DNA from: Candidatus Kapaibacterium sp.
GTDB lineage: Bacteria > Bacteroidota > Ignavibacteria > Kapaibacteriales > UBA2268
Length of the DNA: 64,000 nucleotides
Reading direction: 5' to 3'
Assembly: GCA_963665665.1 (NCBI GenBank)
Contig: OY762428.1
Location: forward strand, 480,001-544,000
Position 1 is the first letter of the stretch. Each line of letters starts with the position of its first letter. This document shows, piece by piece, positions 1-8,369 of this stretch. Made by a program: the position numbers and the translations under genes. The notes under the pieces are model-generated. The model ran no database searches and was not told where the DNA came from. It saw only the letters and a program-made list of their open reading frames with translations.

Positions 1-865
1 CTATATCGACCAGGATTACCGTGAAATGGACGGCAATGTGGTGACACTGAACGACGTACAACCCTATTGCGGACTTATGGACGTAAGCCCCAACGGCGAC
101 GGACTTGCCAGGATAGCTTACAACTATGAAAACCACAACGCAGCACCGAATAACAGCGGTATGGGCGTAGCCACAACAACACTGGAACGCAACGTAGTAG
201 TACTTGGTGTTGACTGGCGTCACTGGGCAAACCTCGACCGTGTACTCCGCTCTGTATTTGACTTTGTAGAAAACAACGGCGGCGAGATCGTTCCTGTAGA
301 GCTTGCAGCATTCGATGCAACAGCAGCAGGCAAACGCGTGGATATTACATGGGCAACAGCGAGTGAATATAACTCCTCACTCTTTGAAGTTGAAAAAGCA
401 GGCTACAGCGAGGCAGGCACAGGCTTGTTCACAGGCATCGGCGAGATGGCAGCAGCCGGCAACAGCAGCAAACATCTCGAATACGGCCCCGTAACAGACT
501 ATGATGTAGAATATGGTAACAGCTATGTTTACAGGCTGAAGATGACAGACCTTGACGGAAAAGTTAACTACAGCGATGAAGAAGTAGTAACAATCGGCGA
601 AAACGGTGCTATAAGCTTAGGCCAGGCATTCCCGAACCCGAGTAAGGAATCTGCTAAGTTCAAACTGAGCACAGGCAGCGACGTAAACATCAGCATAGAC
701 CTTTATGATATGAGCGGCAAGCTTGTACGCAACGTTATGAGCGAAGCCACAAGCGGCACAAGGACAATTGAAGTGGATACCCGCAACCTTACAAGCGGCA
801 GTTACACACTCGTTCTTCGCAGCGGCTCAACAATCATTAACAGGACTGTTCGCGTTGTTAAGTAA
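1..865 (+). CDS. C-terminal part of a large T9SS-secreted surface protein, truncated by the left window edge; paralog of 47033..52693
   Basis: The frame is open back to the window edge. It has a PVELAAFDA motif and a T9SS type A CTD (AFPNP...LYDMSGKLV...LTSGSYTLVL). It differs from the last 279 aa of the 1886-aa ORF at only 3 residues. Confidence 0.9.
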   Translation, partial: YIDQDYREMDGNVVTLNDVQPYCGLMDVSPNGDGLARIAYNYENHNAAPNNSGMGVATTTLERNVVVLGVDWRHWANLDRVLRSVFDFVENNGGEIVPVELAAFDATAAGKRVDITWATASEYNSSLFEVEKAGYSEAGTGLFTGIGEMAAAGNSSKHLEYGPVTDYDVEYGNSYVYRLKMTDLDGKVNYSDEEVVTIGENGAISLGQAFPNPSKESAKFKLSTGSDVNISIDLYDMSGKLVRNVMSEATSGTRTIEVDTRNLTSGSYTLVLRSGSTIINRTVRVVK

Positions 866-906
866 TCAACCTTAACAGCTGAATATAATTCTTATAATAA
901 GAAAAG

Positions 907-934
907 AACCCCGGGCAAAGCCCGGGGTTTTTTT
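907..934 (+). terminator. Intrinsic terminator, probably bidirectional
   Basis: AACCCCGGGC-AAA-GCCCGGGGTT followed by a T-tract, with an A-rich left flank, between convergent genes. Confidence 0.9.
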
Positions 935-949
935 ATAATATTTCTAATA

Positions 950-1621
950 TCAATTCTCATCAGAAAGTATATTAAAATTTAAGATATCCTTATTAAAGAA
1001 ATCAGGCATATCATTCCATTTCGGACAAAATTTGTGGGAAACATAAATACAATCCAGATCATCAAAAAAATCAGTTTTAGTTATTAGCCTTAGTGAATAT
1101 GATATACATGGCATGGTACTTTTAACCCATAAATAATATTCACTCGGATCAAGCCATTTTTTAAATATCCTGCCAGACTTAGATTCTTTTATTAAAACAT
1201 AAATCTCGGCAGAGCTGAGCTGCTCACCAAAATAAAGACATCCGGGCCTGAATGGAATATCATTGATTTTTATTGAATATGATTCGATTATAAATCTCCT
1301 GCCTTCAATATAATCTTCAGGGAAATTCTGATTTACTTTGGTTTCGATATTAAATTTCGGTGGGGAAATATTGGTATCTATGGTATATTTTTGTGTTTCA
1401 AGTTTGTAATAATTATCCCAGCAAAATGTTTTTTTGTCATCACTCAATCCTATTGATTCATTGGCTGTTACCTGTACATCGTTTGCATCAATTGGTAACA
1501 ATCCCCTTTTTACAGGTACGGGTTCTTTTATCACATCCGGATCAGTACCGTATGGATTCTGGCAAGCATTTAATAGCAATACTAACCCTATAAAAGCAAC
1601 TGTATATCTGAATTTTCTCAT
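950..1621 (-). CDS. Hypothetical lipoprotein, third gene of the ECF sigma operon
   Basis: 223-aa ORF with a signal peptide ending in lipobox LNAC. It starts 1 bp after the stop of the upstream gene. Confidence 0.75.
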   Translation of the reverse strand: MRKFRYTVAFIGLVLLLNACQNPYGTDPDVIKEPVPVKRGLLPIDANDVQVTANESIGLSDDKKTFCWDNYYKLETQKYTIDTNISPPKFNIETKVNQNFPEDYIEGRRFIIESYSIKINDIPFRPGCLYFGEQLSSAEIYVLIKESKSGRIFKKWLDPSEYYLWVKSTMPCISYSLRLITKTDFFDDLDCIYVSHKFCPKWNDMPDFFNKDILNFNILSDEN

Positions 1622-1622
1622 T

Positions 1623-2786
1623 TTAAAGCCCCAATCTTAATCCGTAATACAAACCGTATTTACTTGACAGAAAAGTAATATTCTGCTGCTTATATACAAG
1701 AGAATTTAACTCAAATCCGAAGAACATTGAATATTCTGCCGAATGATTATATTCAATTCCGGCAGAAACCCTTCCTATTCCTCCAATCCTGTTAGCTCCG
1801 ATCCCCAGGCGGGAATAAAAGTCAAATTTGCCAATTTGCAAAAGACCTGCCTGGAAATATGCGTTATAAGACCAATAATCAGTATTTTGATAGAAATGAT
1901 AATCTCTTCCATTCAATTTCCCCTGGTAATCAAGGTAATAATTTTCTTTCCGGAATTCTATACCAATAAATTTATTTTCTTTAAGCTTGTATCTAAACCC
2001 AATAATGGTATTATCAAAAAATGAATCTTTATCATAGCTTACTAATTCTCTCTTGAAATTGTCGGCATATTGTCCGGATAGCTCGATGGATAATTTCCCA
2101 TCATCAAAAAAGCTGCTTTGATGAACAAAGTCATTATAATAGGGAGAATAATCTGTGCCGGAATTGTGTAATTCAGGTTTCTCAAATACCCTGTTTGGGT
2201 GGTATGATGAGAATTGCTTTTGCTGATACGACGAAGCAATAACCGGAATAGATTTATCGTTATCTGAATCAGATAAAACATTTTCGCTTTTCTCGTCTTC
2301 GAATGATTTAATCATACTAATCTTATTTTCATTTATCATATCTTCATCAGGAATAGCTATTGAAATTGCAGGAGGGGTAAGATTTTTTAATTCAATTGCT
2401 TGAAAATTATTAACTATTGTTCCACTTTCAACAAATTGCTGAGTATTAGTATTGTTGCCGTTGAATAATAAAAGAAGCATAAATGCAGCTGTTGCCAGAG
2501 ATGATAGCAGGCCTTGTTTATAATTTGTAATGAAACCAATGAATTTTCCGGATAATCCGGGCTTTTGATAGATTGGTATCTGAATCTCATCGAATACATT
2601 AGCGGTAACATTTTCCGGAACCAGGCCATTAAAAGACTCATGATCCGGGAGCCTGTCAATTTCAATAAACTGCTTAAAATCCCCCCTGAACTTTTTATCA
2701 TAAAAAAGTTTGGAGAAAAGCTGATCTTCATCGTCAGGATTGATCATCCCGTCAATAAAATCATTAATCATTGCTTGGTATTTCAT
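1623..2786 (-). CDS. Putative anti-sigma factor with a TM helix and a C-terminal outer-membrane beta-barrel-like domain
   Basis: Directly follows the ECF sigma gene. The N-terminus is anti-sigma-like (INDFIDGMINPDDEDQLF), followed by a TM segment (LLSSLATAAFMLLLLF), a polar linker and alternating amphipathic strands ending YGLYYGLRLGL. Confidence 0.65.
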   Translation of the reverse strand: MKYQAMINDFIDGMINPDDEDQLFSKLFYDKKFRGDFKQFIEIDRLPDHESFNGLVPENVTANVFDEIQIPIYQKPGLSGKFIGFITNYKQGLLSSLATAAFMLLLLFNGNNTNTQQFVESGTIVNNFQAIELKNLTPPAISIAIPDEDMINENKISMIKSFEDEKSENVLSDSDNDKSIPVIASSYQQKQFSSYHPNRVFEKPELHNSGTDYSPYYNDFVHQSSFFDDGKLSIELSGQYADNFKRELVSYDKDSFFDNTIIGFRYKLKENKFIGIEFRKENYYLDYQGKLNGRDYHFYQNTDYWSYNAYFQAGLLQIGKFDFYSRLGIGANRIGGIGRVSAGIEYNHSAEYSMFFGFELNSLVYKQQNITFLSSKYGLYYGLRLGL

Positions 2787-2799
2787 ATCATATATCTAT

Positions 2800-3372
2800 T
2801 TATTTTTCAAACATTTCATAATATGGTTCAATAATTTTTTTCAGCCTGATTTTAGCTCTGAAAACTTTTTTTCTGGCATTAGATTCATCAATATCAAGAA
2901 TTTCTGCTATTTCCCTGTATTTCATCCTGTGAAAAATTCTAAGTATCAATAATTCCTTATCAATAGCTGACAAAAGGTCAAGAGATTTCATTAACAGCTT
3001 AAATTTCTCTTCAATTTGGTCATCATCTGAATAAATGCCGTCGTTATCAGGCAAGTCTATTTGGAAGTCATCCAAAGAAACATTGTTTATTTTAGATCTG
3101 TAATGATCATAGCATAGATTCCTCCCAATCCGGATCAGGTATCCGATAATCGATACTTTATTCTGATTTGGTTTTGCATTTTTATAAAATCTGATAAAGG
3201 TTTCCTGGAAAATATCTTCAGCGATTGTTTGATTTTTCATCATTTTACGGCAGTATGCCATTAGTCTTGAAGAATATTTATTGTAAATAAAACGAAAAGC
3301 TCTTTCCCCCTGTCTGCCTTTTTTATCAAGGAGTATTAAAAGATCATTATCGTGGAGTTCTTCAAGTTTCAT
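2800..3372 (-). CDS. ECF-family RNA polymerase sigma factor
   Basis: Region 2 motif AEDIFQETFIRFY...IGRNLCYDHYR and region 4 motif MKYREIAEILDI. ATG 3372 is preferred over the track's TTG at 3381. Confidence 0.92.
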   Translation of the reverse strand: MKLEELHDNDLLILLDKKGRQGERAFRFIYNKYSSRLMAYCRKMMKNQTIAEDIFQETFIRFYKNAKPNQNKVSIIGYLIRIGRNLCYDHYRSKINNVSLDDFQIDLPDNDGIYSDDDQIEEKFKLLMKSLDLLSAIDKELLILRIFHRMKYREIAEILDIDESNARKKVFRAKIRLKKIIEPYYEMFEK

Positions 3373-3539
3373 TATAGTCAATCAAATTTGAGACTTACTA
3401 TGTAAACACTTCTAATCTTCAAATAGTTACTGTATTTTGTCAAATAGTAATTAGTTTGATCATTATTTTAATTTAATTCGAGGGCTTTTATATAAAAAAG
3501 CCCCCGCGGCGATAAAAACAGCCCTGGAAAATTATTGTT

Positions 3540-4034
3540 TTATCTAATTATAATCTTGCCCATTAAATTTTTTATTGTATCTCCGTAATAAATAAAGTAT
3601 ATACCCTTAGCCAGATCAGCTTTCTTCAATATTCCTTTGTACCTGTCATTATCATATTTAAGTTCTACAACAGCTACAGTATTTCCGAGTAAATCTATTA
3701 TCCGGCAATCAATTTTCTCATCATAATTATTGTCGTCAATTACCTCCAACTGAATTTCTTCAACCTTGAATTTATTAGCCGACCTTTCAGGATTATCAAG
3801 ATAAACGGGATCTACATTTGCATTTGAATACCATGTGTGAAATACCATTGGGATGGCTTTATTTGATACATCGTTATAAAACTGAAACAGAACTCGGTCG
3901 GCATCATAGCTTTCCATCACGACACCGCTGGAAAATGTTTCGATGATACTAAGACGGGGGCTTGCACCATAACAAGAGATGGTTATTATTGAGAGTAATA
4001 AAATTGATTTAAAAAAGTTGGAAATTTGGAACAT
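3540..4034 (-). CDS. Short secreted protein: Omp28-like N-terminal fragment joined to a T9SS CTD (possibly an internally deleted remnant)
   Basis: Signal peptide, then RLSIIETFSS...AIPMVFHTWY...DPVYLDNP resembling Omp28-related starts, then IIDLLGNTV...LAKGIYFI...GKIIIR, a T9SS CTD lacking the usual PNP. Confidence 0.55.
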   Translation of the reverse strand: MFQISNFFKSILLLSIITISCYGASPRLSIIETFSSGVVMESYDADRVLFQFYNDVSNKAIPMVFHTWYSNANVDPVYLDNPERSANKFKVEEIQLEVIDDNNYDEKIDCRIIDLLGNTVAVVELKYDNDRYKGILKKADLAKGIYFIYYGDTIKNLMGKIIIR

Positions 4035-4121
4035 GATCTTACCCTTGATAGTTCAATAACCTCGTTTATAAGGTTAACGGTAAAAATCAAAAACGTTCCG
4101 GGTAAATCAAAAAAAAACAAA

Positions 4122-5417
4122 TCAATCATTTATGATATTGAAAATTTCAGTTTCTATTAATTTGCCGGTTTCAATGTCCGTAAATACAGAAATTTCATTA
4201 TTTGCCCCGTTCAGAAAAATTCTATAATCTTTGCCTGACATACCGTGGGATAATTTGTTAATTATTTTTATAAATTTGTCAGTGCTGTTGTTGATAACCG
4301 AAATCCGGCACCAGTTTTTTATTACTTTCGTATTTTCTAAATCTATATCCTTGTTGCTGCCATTAGTATTCAGAACAAAATATAAATAGTTATTCTCTTC
4401 CCATGTGAATAATATTTTATTCCTGCAAGATTCATTAATTTTTTTAATACTATCAGATAAGGATTTTCTTAAATATAATATCTCAAGCTTATCTATTCTG
4501 ATAATTATTGGTAGATCCGAACTGATGCTTTCTGATATTACTGTATTTCTACCAGATTTGTTAAAAATCGATCGAAAAGTAATAATTACATTTGAATTTT
4601 TAGCAAAGTCGATCATGTCGGGATATATTAGTTTTAATCCCTTTATTCCTGCCGACAAAGCTGTATTGTAATCTGAGGTTTGAATATTTTGTGCATCAGG
4701 GAAACGTTCCGGGTCGGCCTGCATTATTCCTTCAACATTAGTATATATATCTATACTGCTGCAGCTTAGTATATCAGCACAAAGGATTGCAGTTAAATTG
4801 GAACTTTCCATTCCCATGGTAGTAACGATATTATCTTTGGTAGACGCAACAAATCCCTGGATAATGAAACACCCTGTGTCAGGATTTGATTCAATAGCAT
4901 TTTTCAGCCTTTTACCAGTTTCATTTCTATCAGGTTTGGCTTTTCCAAAATTTTTATCTGTAATTACTATTTCTTTTGAATCAAGTTTAATATTATCAAT
5001 TTTATTTTCATTAAGGTATAGATGAAGAAACTCCAATGCAAAGCTTTCCCCGAAACTCATAACCATATCCATGGTCCTGTAGCTCAGATCCGAAGTAATT
5101 TCAATACCTTTAAGAATCTTTTTCAGGTATTCAATCTCACTACCAAAGTACTGTTTAAACTTATACTTTGATATATTATTTTTGAAAATTTGATCGGCTA
5201 AGCCTGAATGAAGTAGTTCAACTTCAGATATAATTTTATTATATCCAATGCTTCCTGATTCAGCCAGAACCGCAGCTTTTTTTAGCTGTGATGTAATTTT
5301 TCCGAATGCTGAAATAACAACAAGTACCCTTTCATTCCTGGAAATAAGTATATCACGGAAGTTAGCAAATGCTTCTTTCCTGGTAAAAACAGCGCCGCCG
5401 AACTTGATTACTTTCAC
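4122..5417 (-). CDS. lysC: Aspartate kinase family protein (divergent)
   Basis: Motifs KVIKFGG, VVISAFGKIT, SFGE, IIQGFVA, TTMG and GIMQADP; GTG start. Confidence 0.8.
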   Translation of the reverse strand: MKVIKFGGAVFTRKEAFANFRDILISRNERVLVVISAFGKITSQLKKAAVLAESGSIGYNKIISEVELLHSGLADQIFKNNISKYKFKQYFGSEIEYLKKILKGIEITSDLSYRTMDMVMSFGESFALEFLHLYLNENKIDNIKLDSKEIVITDKNFGKAKPDRNETGKRLKNAIESNPDTGCFIIQGFVASTKDNIVTTMGMESSNLTAILCADILSCSSIDIYTNVEGIMQADPERFPDAQNIQTSDYNTALSAGIKGLKLIYPDMIDFAKNSNVIITFRSIFNKSGRNTVISESISSDLPIIIRIDKLEILYLRKSLSDSIKKINESCRNKILFTWEENNYLYFVLNTNGSNKDIDLENTKVIKNWCRISVINNSTDKFIKIINKLSHGMSGKDYRIFLNGANNEISVFTDIETGKLIETEIFNIIND

Positions 5418-5515
5418 TCAACTATCCTTTAATTACATATTATATTCTACAAAATTAAGAAAGATAGTTATCAGCAGGAAATATTTTAAATTTTTTTGCC
5501 TCGAATCCGTATTTT

Positions 5516-6685
5516 TTACAGCCTTTTAATAAACTTTCCAAGAGAATCGGCAAGCTGCACATAATCATCTATTTCATTATATACCTGAGCAGCAATTCTG
5601 TACCAGATTTTACCTTTGAAAGGTATAAACATCAATTCAGTTTTATATTCCCTTAGAAATGTTGTTCGTAGATATGCAGCTGTGGAATCCTTTGCAGAAA
5701 GGTCTATATCAATTGCCAAAGTAAGAATAGATCCTGCCATTTCTTCTGGACAATTAAACTCCGATCCCAAATGAAAATTCAGAAAAGTTCCGGCTTCCAT
5801 AATAAGATCATGATTATATTTTCTTAGTTCGGATCCACCGAGAGAATTATAAAAATCAATCGCTTCCGGCAAAGCCAGCCAGGAGGATGGGTTTCTTGTC
5901 CCAACCCAGGCGAATTCTTCTCCAAAACCTTTCTTATAATTATGAGAAATTGTCAGAGGATGTATTTTTTCCTGAAATTCATGAGCTGCATACATCAGGG
6001 CACAACCTTTTGGAGCAAAAAGCCATTTATGGCAGTTAGCAACATAAAAATCACATTGAAGCGCCGAAATATCCAAATCCAGCATTCCCGGGGCATGAGC
6101 GCCGTCAATAATTGAAATTATTCCATTTTCTTTGAAGAATGCAGTTAATTCTTCAACCGGCAGAATCAATCCTGTAGCTGAAGTCACATGATCGTAAATC
6201 GCAATTGTAACCCGTGAATCAGTTGAATTTTTAAAGCTGTTTGTAATAGCTTCAATATTTTCAATAGGAAAAGGAATTTCTACAATCCTTATTTCGGCTC
6301 CGGTTACAGAACAAATATAATCCGTAGTAATTTTTATAGCCGGATAGACATGGTCAGATATCAGAATCACATCTCCTTTATTAATTTCAGGAATCAGTGA
6401 TCGAAGAATAGTATTTATTCCTGATGTTGCATTCTCAATTAAAACCAGGTCCTTAGGGTCAGCACCACAAAATTCAGACACTTTATTTATTGCATTTTCA
6501 AGCAATCCCGGATACTCTTCCATAAAAAACCTGACAGGTTCGGTTTCCATTTGGATTTCAATTTCTCTTGATCTATCAATCACTTTTATCGGCGTAGCTC
6601 CGAAAGAACCGTTATTCAGAAAGTTTATACCGTCTTCAAGATACCATAATTTTTTAAGTGGCCTTCCAAATTCCATTTCCCGCAT
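5516..6685 (-). CDS. PLP-dependent class V aminotransferase-fold enzyme (C-S lyase / cysteine desulfhydrase / Egt2-CefD-like)
   Basis: Motifs FLNNGSFGATP, ENATSG, DHVTSATG, IDGAHAPG and ANCHKWLFAPKG (PLP lysine). Confidence 0.88.
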   Translation of the reverse strand: MREMEFGRPLKKLWYLEDGINFLNNGSFGATPIKVIDRSREIEIQMETEPVRFFMEEYPGLLENAINKVSEFCGADPKDLVLIENATSGINTILRSLIPEINKGDVILISDHVYPAIKITTDYICSVTGAEIRIVEIPFPIENIEAITNSFKNSTDSRVTIAIYDHVTSATGLILPVEELTAFFKENGIISIIDGAHAPGMLDLDISALQCDFYVANCHKWLFAPKGCALMYAAHEFQEKIHPLTISHNYKKGFGEEFAWVGTRNPSSWLALPEAIDFYNSLGGSELRKYNHDLIMEAGTFLNFHLGSEFNCPEEMAGSILTLAIDIDLSAKDSTAAYLRTTFLREYKTELMFIPFKGKIWYRIAAQVYNEIDDYVQLADSLGKFIKRL

Positions 6686-6736
6686 CCGGTTGTGAATAAA
6701 ATATCAAGATAACTAAATATTTCAAAATATTAAAGC

Positions 6737-6773
6737 AAAAAATAGAAGCCCGCCTTCCGGCGGGTCTTTCTAT
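6737..6773 (-). terminator. Intrinsic terminator upstream of the class V aminotransferase gene
   Basis: Minus strand reads ATAGAAAGACCCGCC-GGAA-GGCGGGCTTCTAT followed by TTTTT. Confidence 0.8.
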
Positions 6774-6875
6774 AGATCGGTAGGATTATCATAGAAATGA
6801 GAGTATTGATTTCATCCGAGATAAAGCTGCTGTTATGGATTAGGAATTGTAAGAATGCGATAGCCTTATCTCCTG
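6737..6875 (-). ncRNA. Candidate small RNA or attenuating 5' leader of unknown family
   Basis: TATATTTG promoter element at 6879-6886 on the minus strand, an 11-bp stem GAGATAAGGCT/AGCTTTATCTC, a second imperfect stem and a strong terminator. No long ORF is present. Confidence 0.45.
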
Positions 6876-7162
6876 GAACAAATATAAAAATTAATATTAT
6901 ACTTTCCTAATATTATTTTTAGGTTTTATTAATTATTTAAATAATCAATAAAAAGAAGAAGTATCAATTTACATAAAAATAAAAAAATATTTTTGGCGGC
7001 AATTTATTTAACATTCTATGTAATCTTCACTTAAACCATCAAATAAAATTATATTCATATATGCCACTCGTTTTAGTTAAATAAATTAACTTGATTATTT
7101 TCAATTAAATTGCTATTATTGTCGGATTGTATATTAATATTATTTCATTTTATGGAGACAAT

Positions 7163-8257
7163 ATGAAAAGATACTTACCCTTTGCCGCACTGCTGTTATT
7201 CTTTGCCTATATTAATACTACAGCAAGAGATAATCCGATAATAATCGATCACACCTGTTGTGACCTGAGTGTAGTGCCGGAAGCGGATATTATTACTGCC
7301 AAGAGTTCTTTCAGGATTTCTTATGGCCACACTTCACACGGCAGCCAGATAGTCAGCGGTATGAACCGGACAGAGGCTAACTACGGCGACCTTTTTGCCT
7401 ACCAGACCGTAAGCAATATGCTGCAGGATGTTCCGGACGGACATCTTTGGATTTATGACAGGTATCCCGCCGGAGACCTTGGAAATCCGGACAGGACTAC
7501 CTGGGCCGACAGAACCAGAGATATGCTCTATTTAGATAATTGTACAGTAAATACTGTTATGTGGTCATGGTGCGGACAGGTTAACGGCAGCGAGGATAAC
7601 ATCAACACCTACCTGACATTGATGAATGGTCTTGAAGAAGAATTTCCATATATCACTTTCATTTATATGACGGGCCATCTCGACGGTTCGGGTGAAGACG
7701 GCAACGTAAATGTAAGAAATAATCAAATCAGGGAATTTTGCAAAGAAAATAATAAAATACTCTTTGACTTTGCGGATATTGAAAGCTACGATCCCGACGG
7801 CAATTATTTTCTTGACAGGGGAGCCGACGACGGCTGCAATTACGACGATGGCAACTGGGCCGTGGAATGGTGTGAAGCCCACCCAGGCGAATGCGATGAT
7901 TGCTCATGCGCTCACAGCCATTGCCTGAACTGCCAGCAGAAAGGCAGGGCATTCTGGTGGATGATGGCCCGCCTCGCAGGCTGGGAAGGTATAACATCAG
8001 TAAGCGATGATACTAAAAGCGGGCTATCCGTGTATCCTTCCCCGGCAAATGATTATGTTACTATCGAGCTTTCTGAAAATATTACTTCCGGAAAAATTGA
8101 AATATTTGATGTTAGTGGAAACAGATATTCCATTGAACCTAAACTCGAAGGCAATAAGATAGTAATTAGTACACTTGATCTTACTCCCGGTTTTTATTCA
8201 TTCAGGTTGTACTCAGGCCTGGAAGTTAAATCCGGCAAATTTGTTATATCAAGATAA
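7163..8257 (+). CDS. T9SS-secreted protein with an uncharacterised Cys-rich, SGNH-like domain
   Basis: ATG 7163 follows GGAG. It has a signal peptide, conserved-looking blocks YGHTSHGSQ, MWSWCG, YMTGHLDG and FDFADIES, and a CTD VYPSPAND...LTPGFYSF...GKFVISR. Confidence 0.8.
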   Translation: MKRYLPFAALLLFFAYINTTARDNPIIIDHTCCDLSVVPEADIITAKSSFRISYGHTSHGSQIVSGMNRTEANYGDLFAYQTVSNMLQDVPDGHLWIYDRYPAGDLGNPDRTTWADRTRDMLYLDNCTVNTVMWSWCGQVNGSEDNINTYLTLMNGLEEEFPYITFIYMTGHLDGSGEDGNVNVRNNQIREFCKENNKILFDFADIESYDPDGNYFLDRGADDGCNYDDGNWAVEWCEAHPGECDDCSCAHSHCLNCQQKGRAFWWMMARLAGWEGITSVSDDTKSGLSVYPSPANDYVTIELSENITSGKIEIFDVSGNRYSIEPKLEGNKIVISTLDLTPGFYSFRLYSGLEVKSGKFVISR

Positions 8258-8297
8258 ATAATTAAGTCTAAACAATATTTCGTTATTAAAATTTATA

Positions 8298-8324
8298 TCG
8301 GCCGGAGGCTATTTCTCCGGTCGA
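8298..8324. terminator. Hairpin between convergent genes
   Basis: TCGGCCGGAG-N7-CTCCGGTCGA. Confidence 0.6.
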
Positions 8325-8369
8325 ATTATTTAAATAGAACTGTCAAAAATAATTTAGTACAGTTTCCCA

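Larger units (their letters stand above)
1..937 (+). repeat. Direct repeat copy 1 (partner 51829..52765, offset 51828)
   Basis: By-eye alignment gives 16 substitutions and no indels. Identity extends through the 3' UTR and terminator, then stops abruptly. Confidence 0.97.

Noticed and set aside
1-937. Diversity-generating retroelement TR/VR pair
   Set aside because: The differences are not adenine-specific (C/T and G/T changes occur, in both directions), most are synonymous, the repeat is far longer than a typical TR, and no reverse transcriptase is in the window.
5516-6685. Beta-lactam biosynthesis (isopenicillin N epimerase)
   Set aside because: The family is broad and no ACV synthetase or IPNS genes are present; a C-S lyase role is more parsimonious.
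6745-6770. SRP RNA (GGAA tetraloop) or a known riboswitch (SAM-I, fluoride)
   Set aside because: The SRP internal-loop motifs flanking the tetraloop and the riboswitch consensus blocks are not present. It is kept only as an unclassified RNA candidate.
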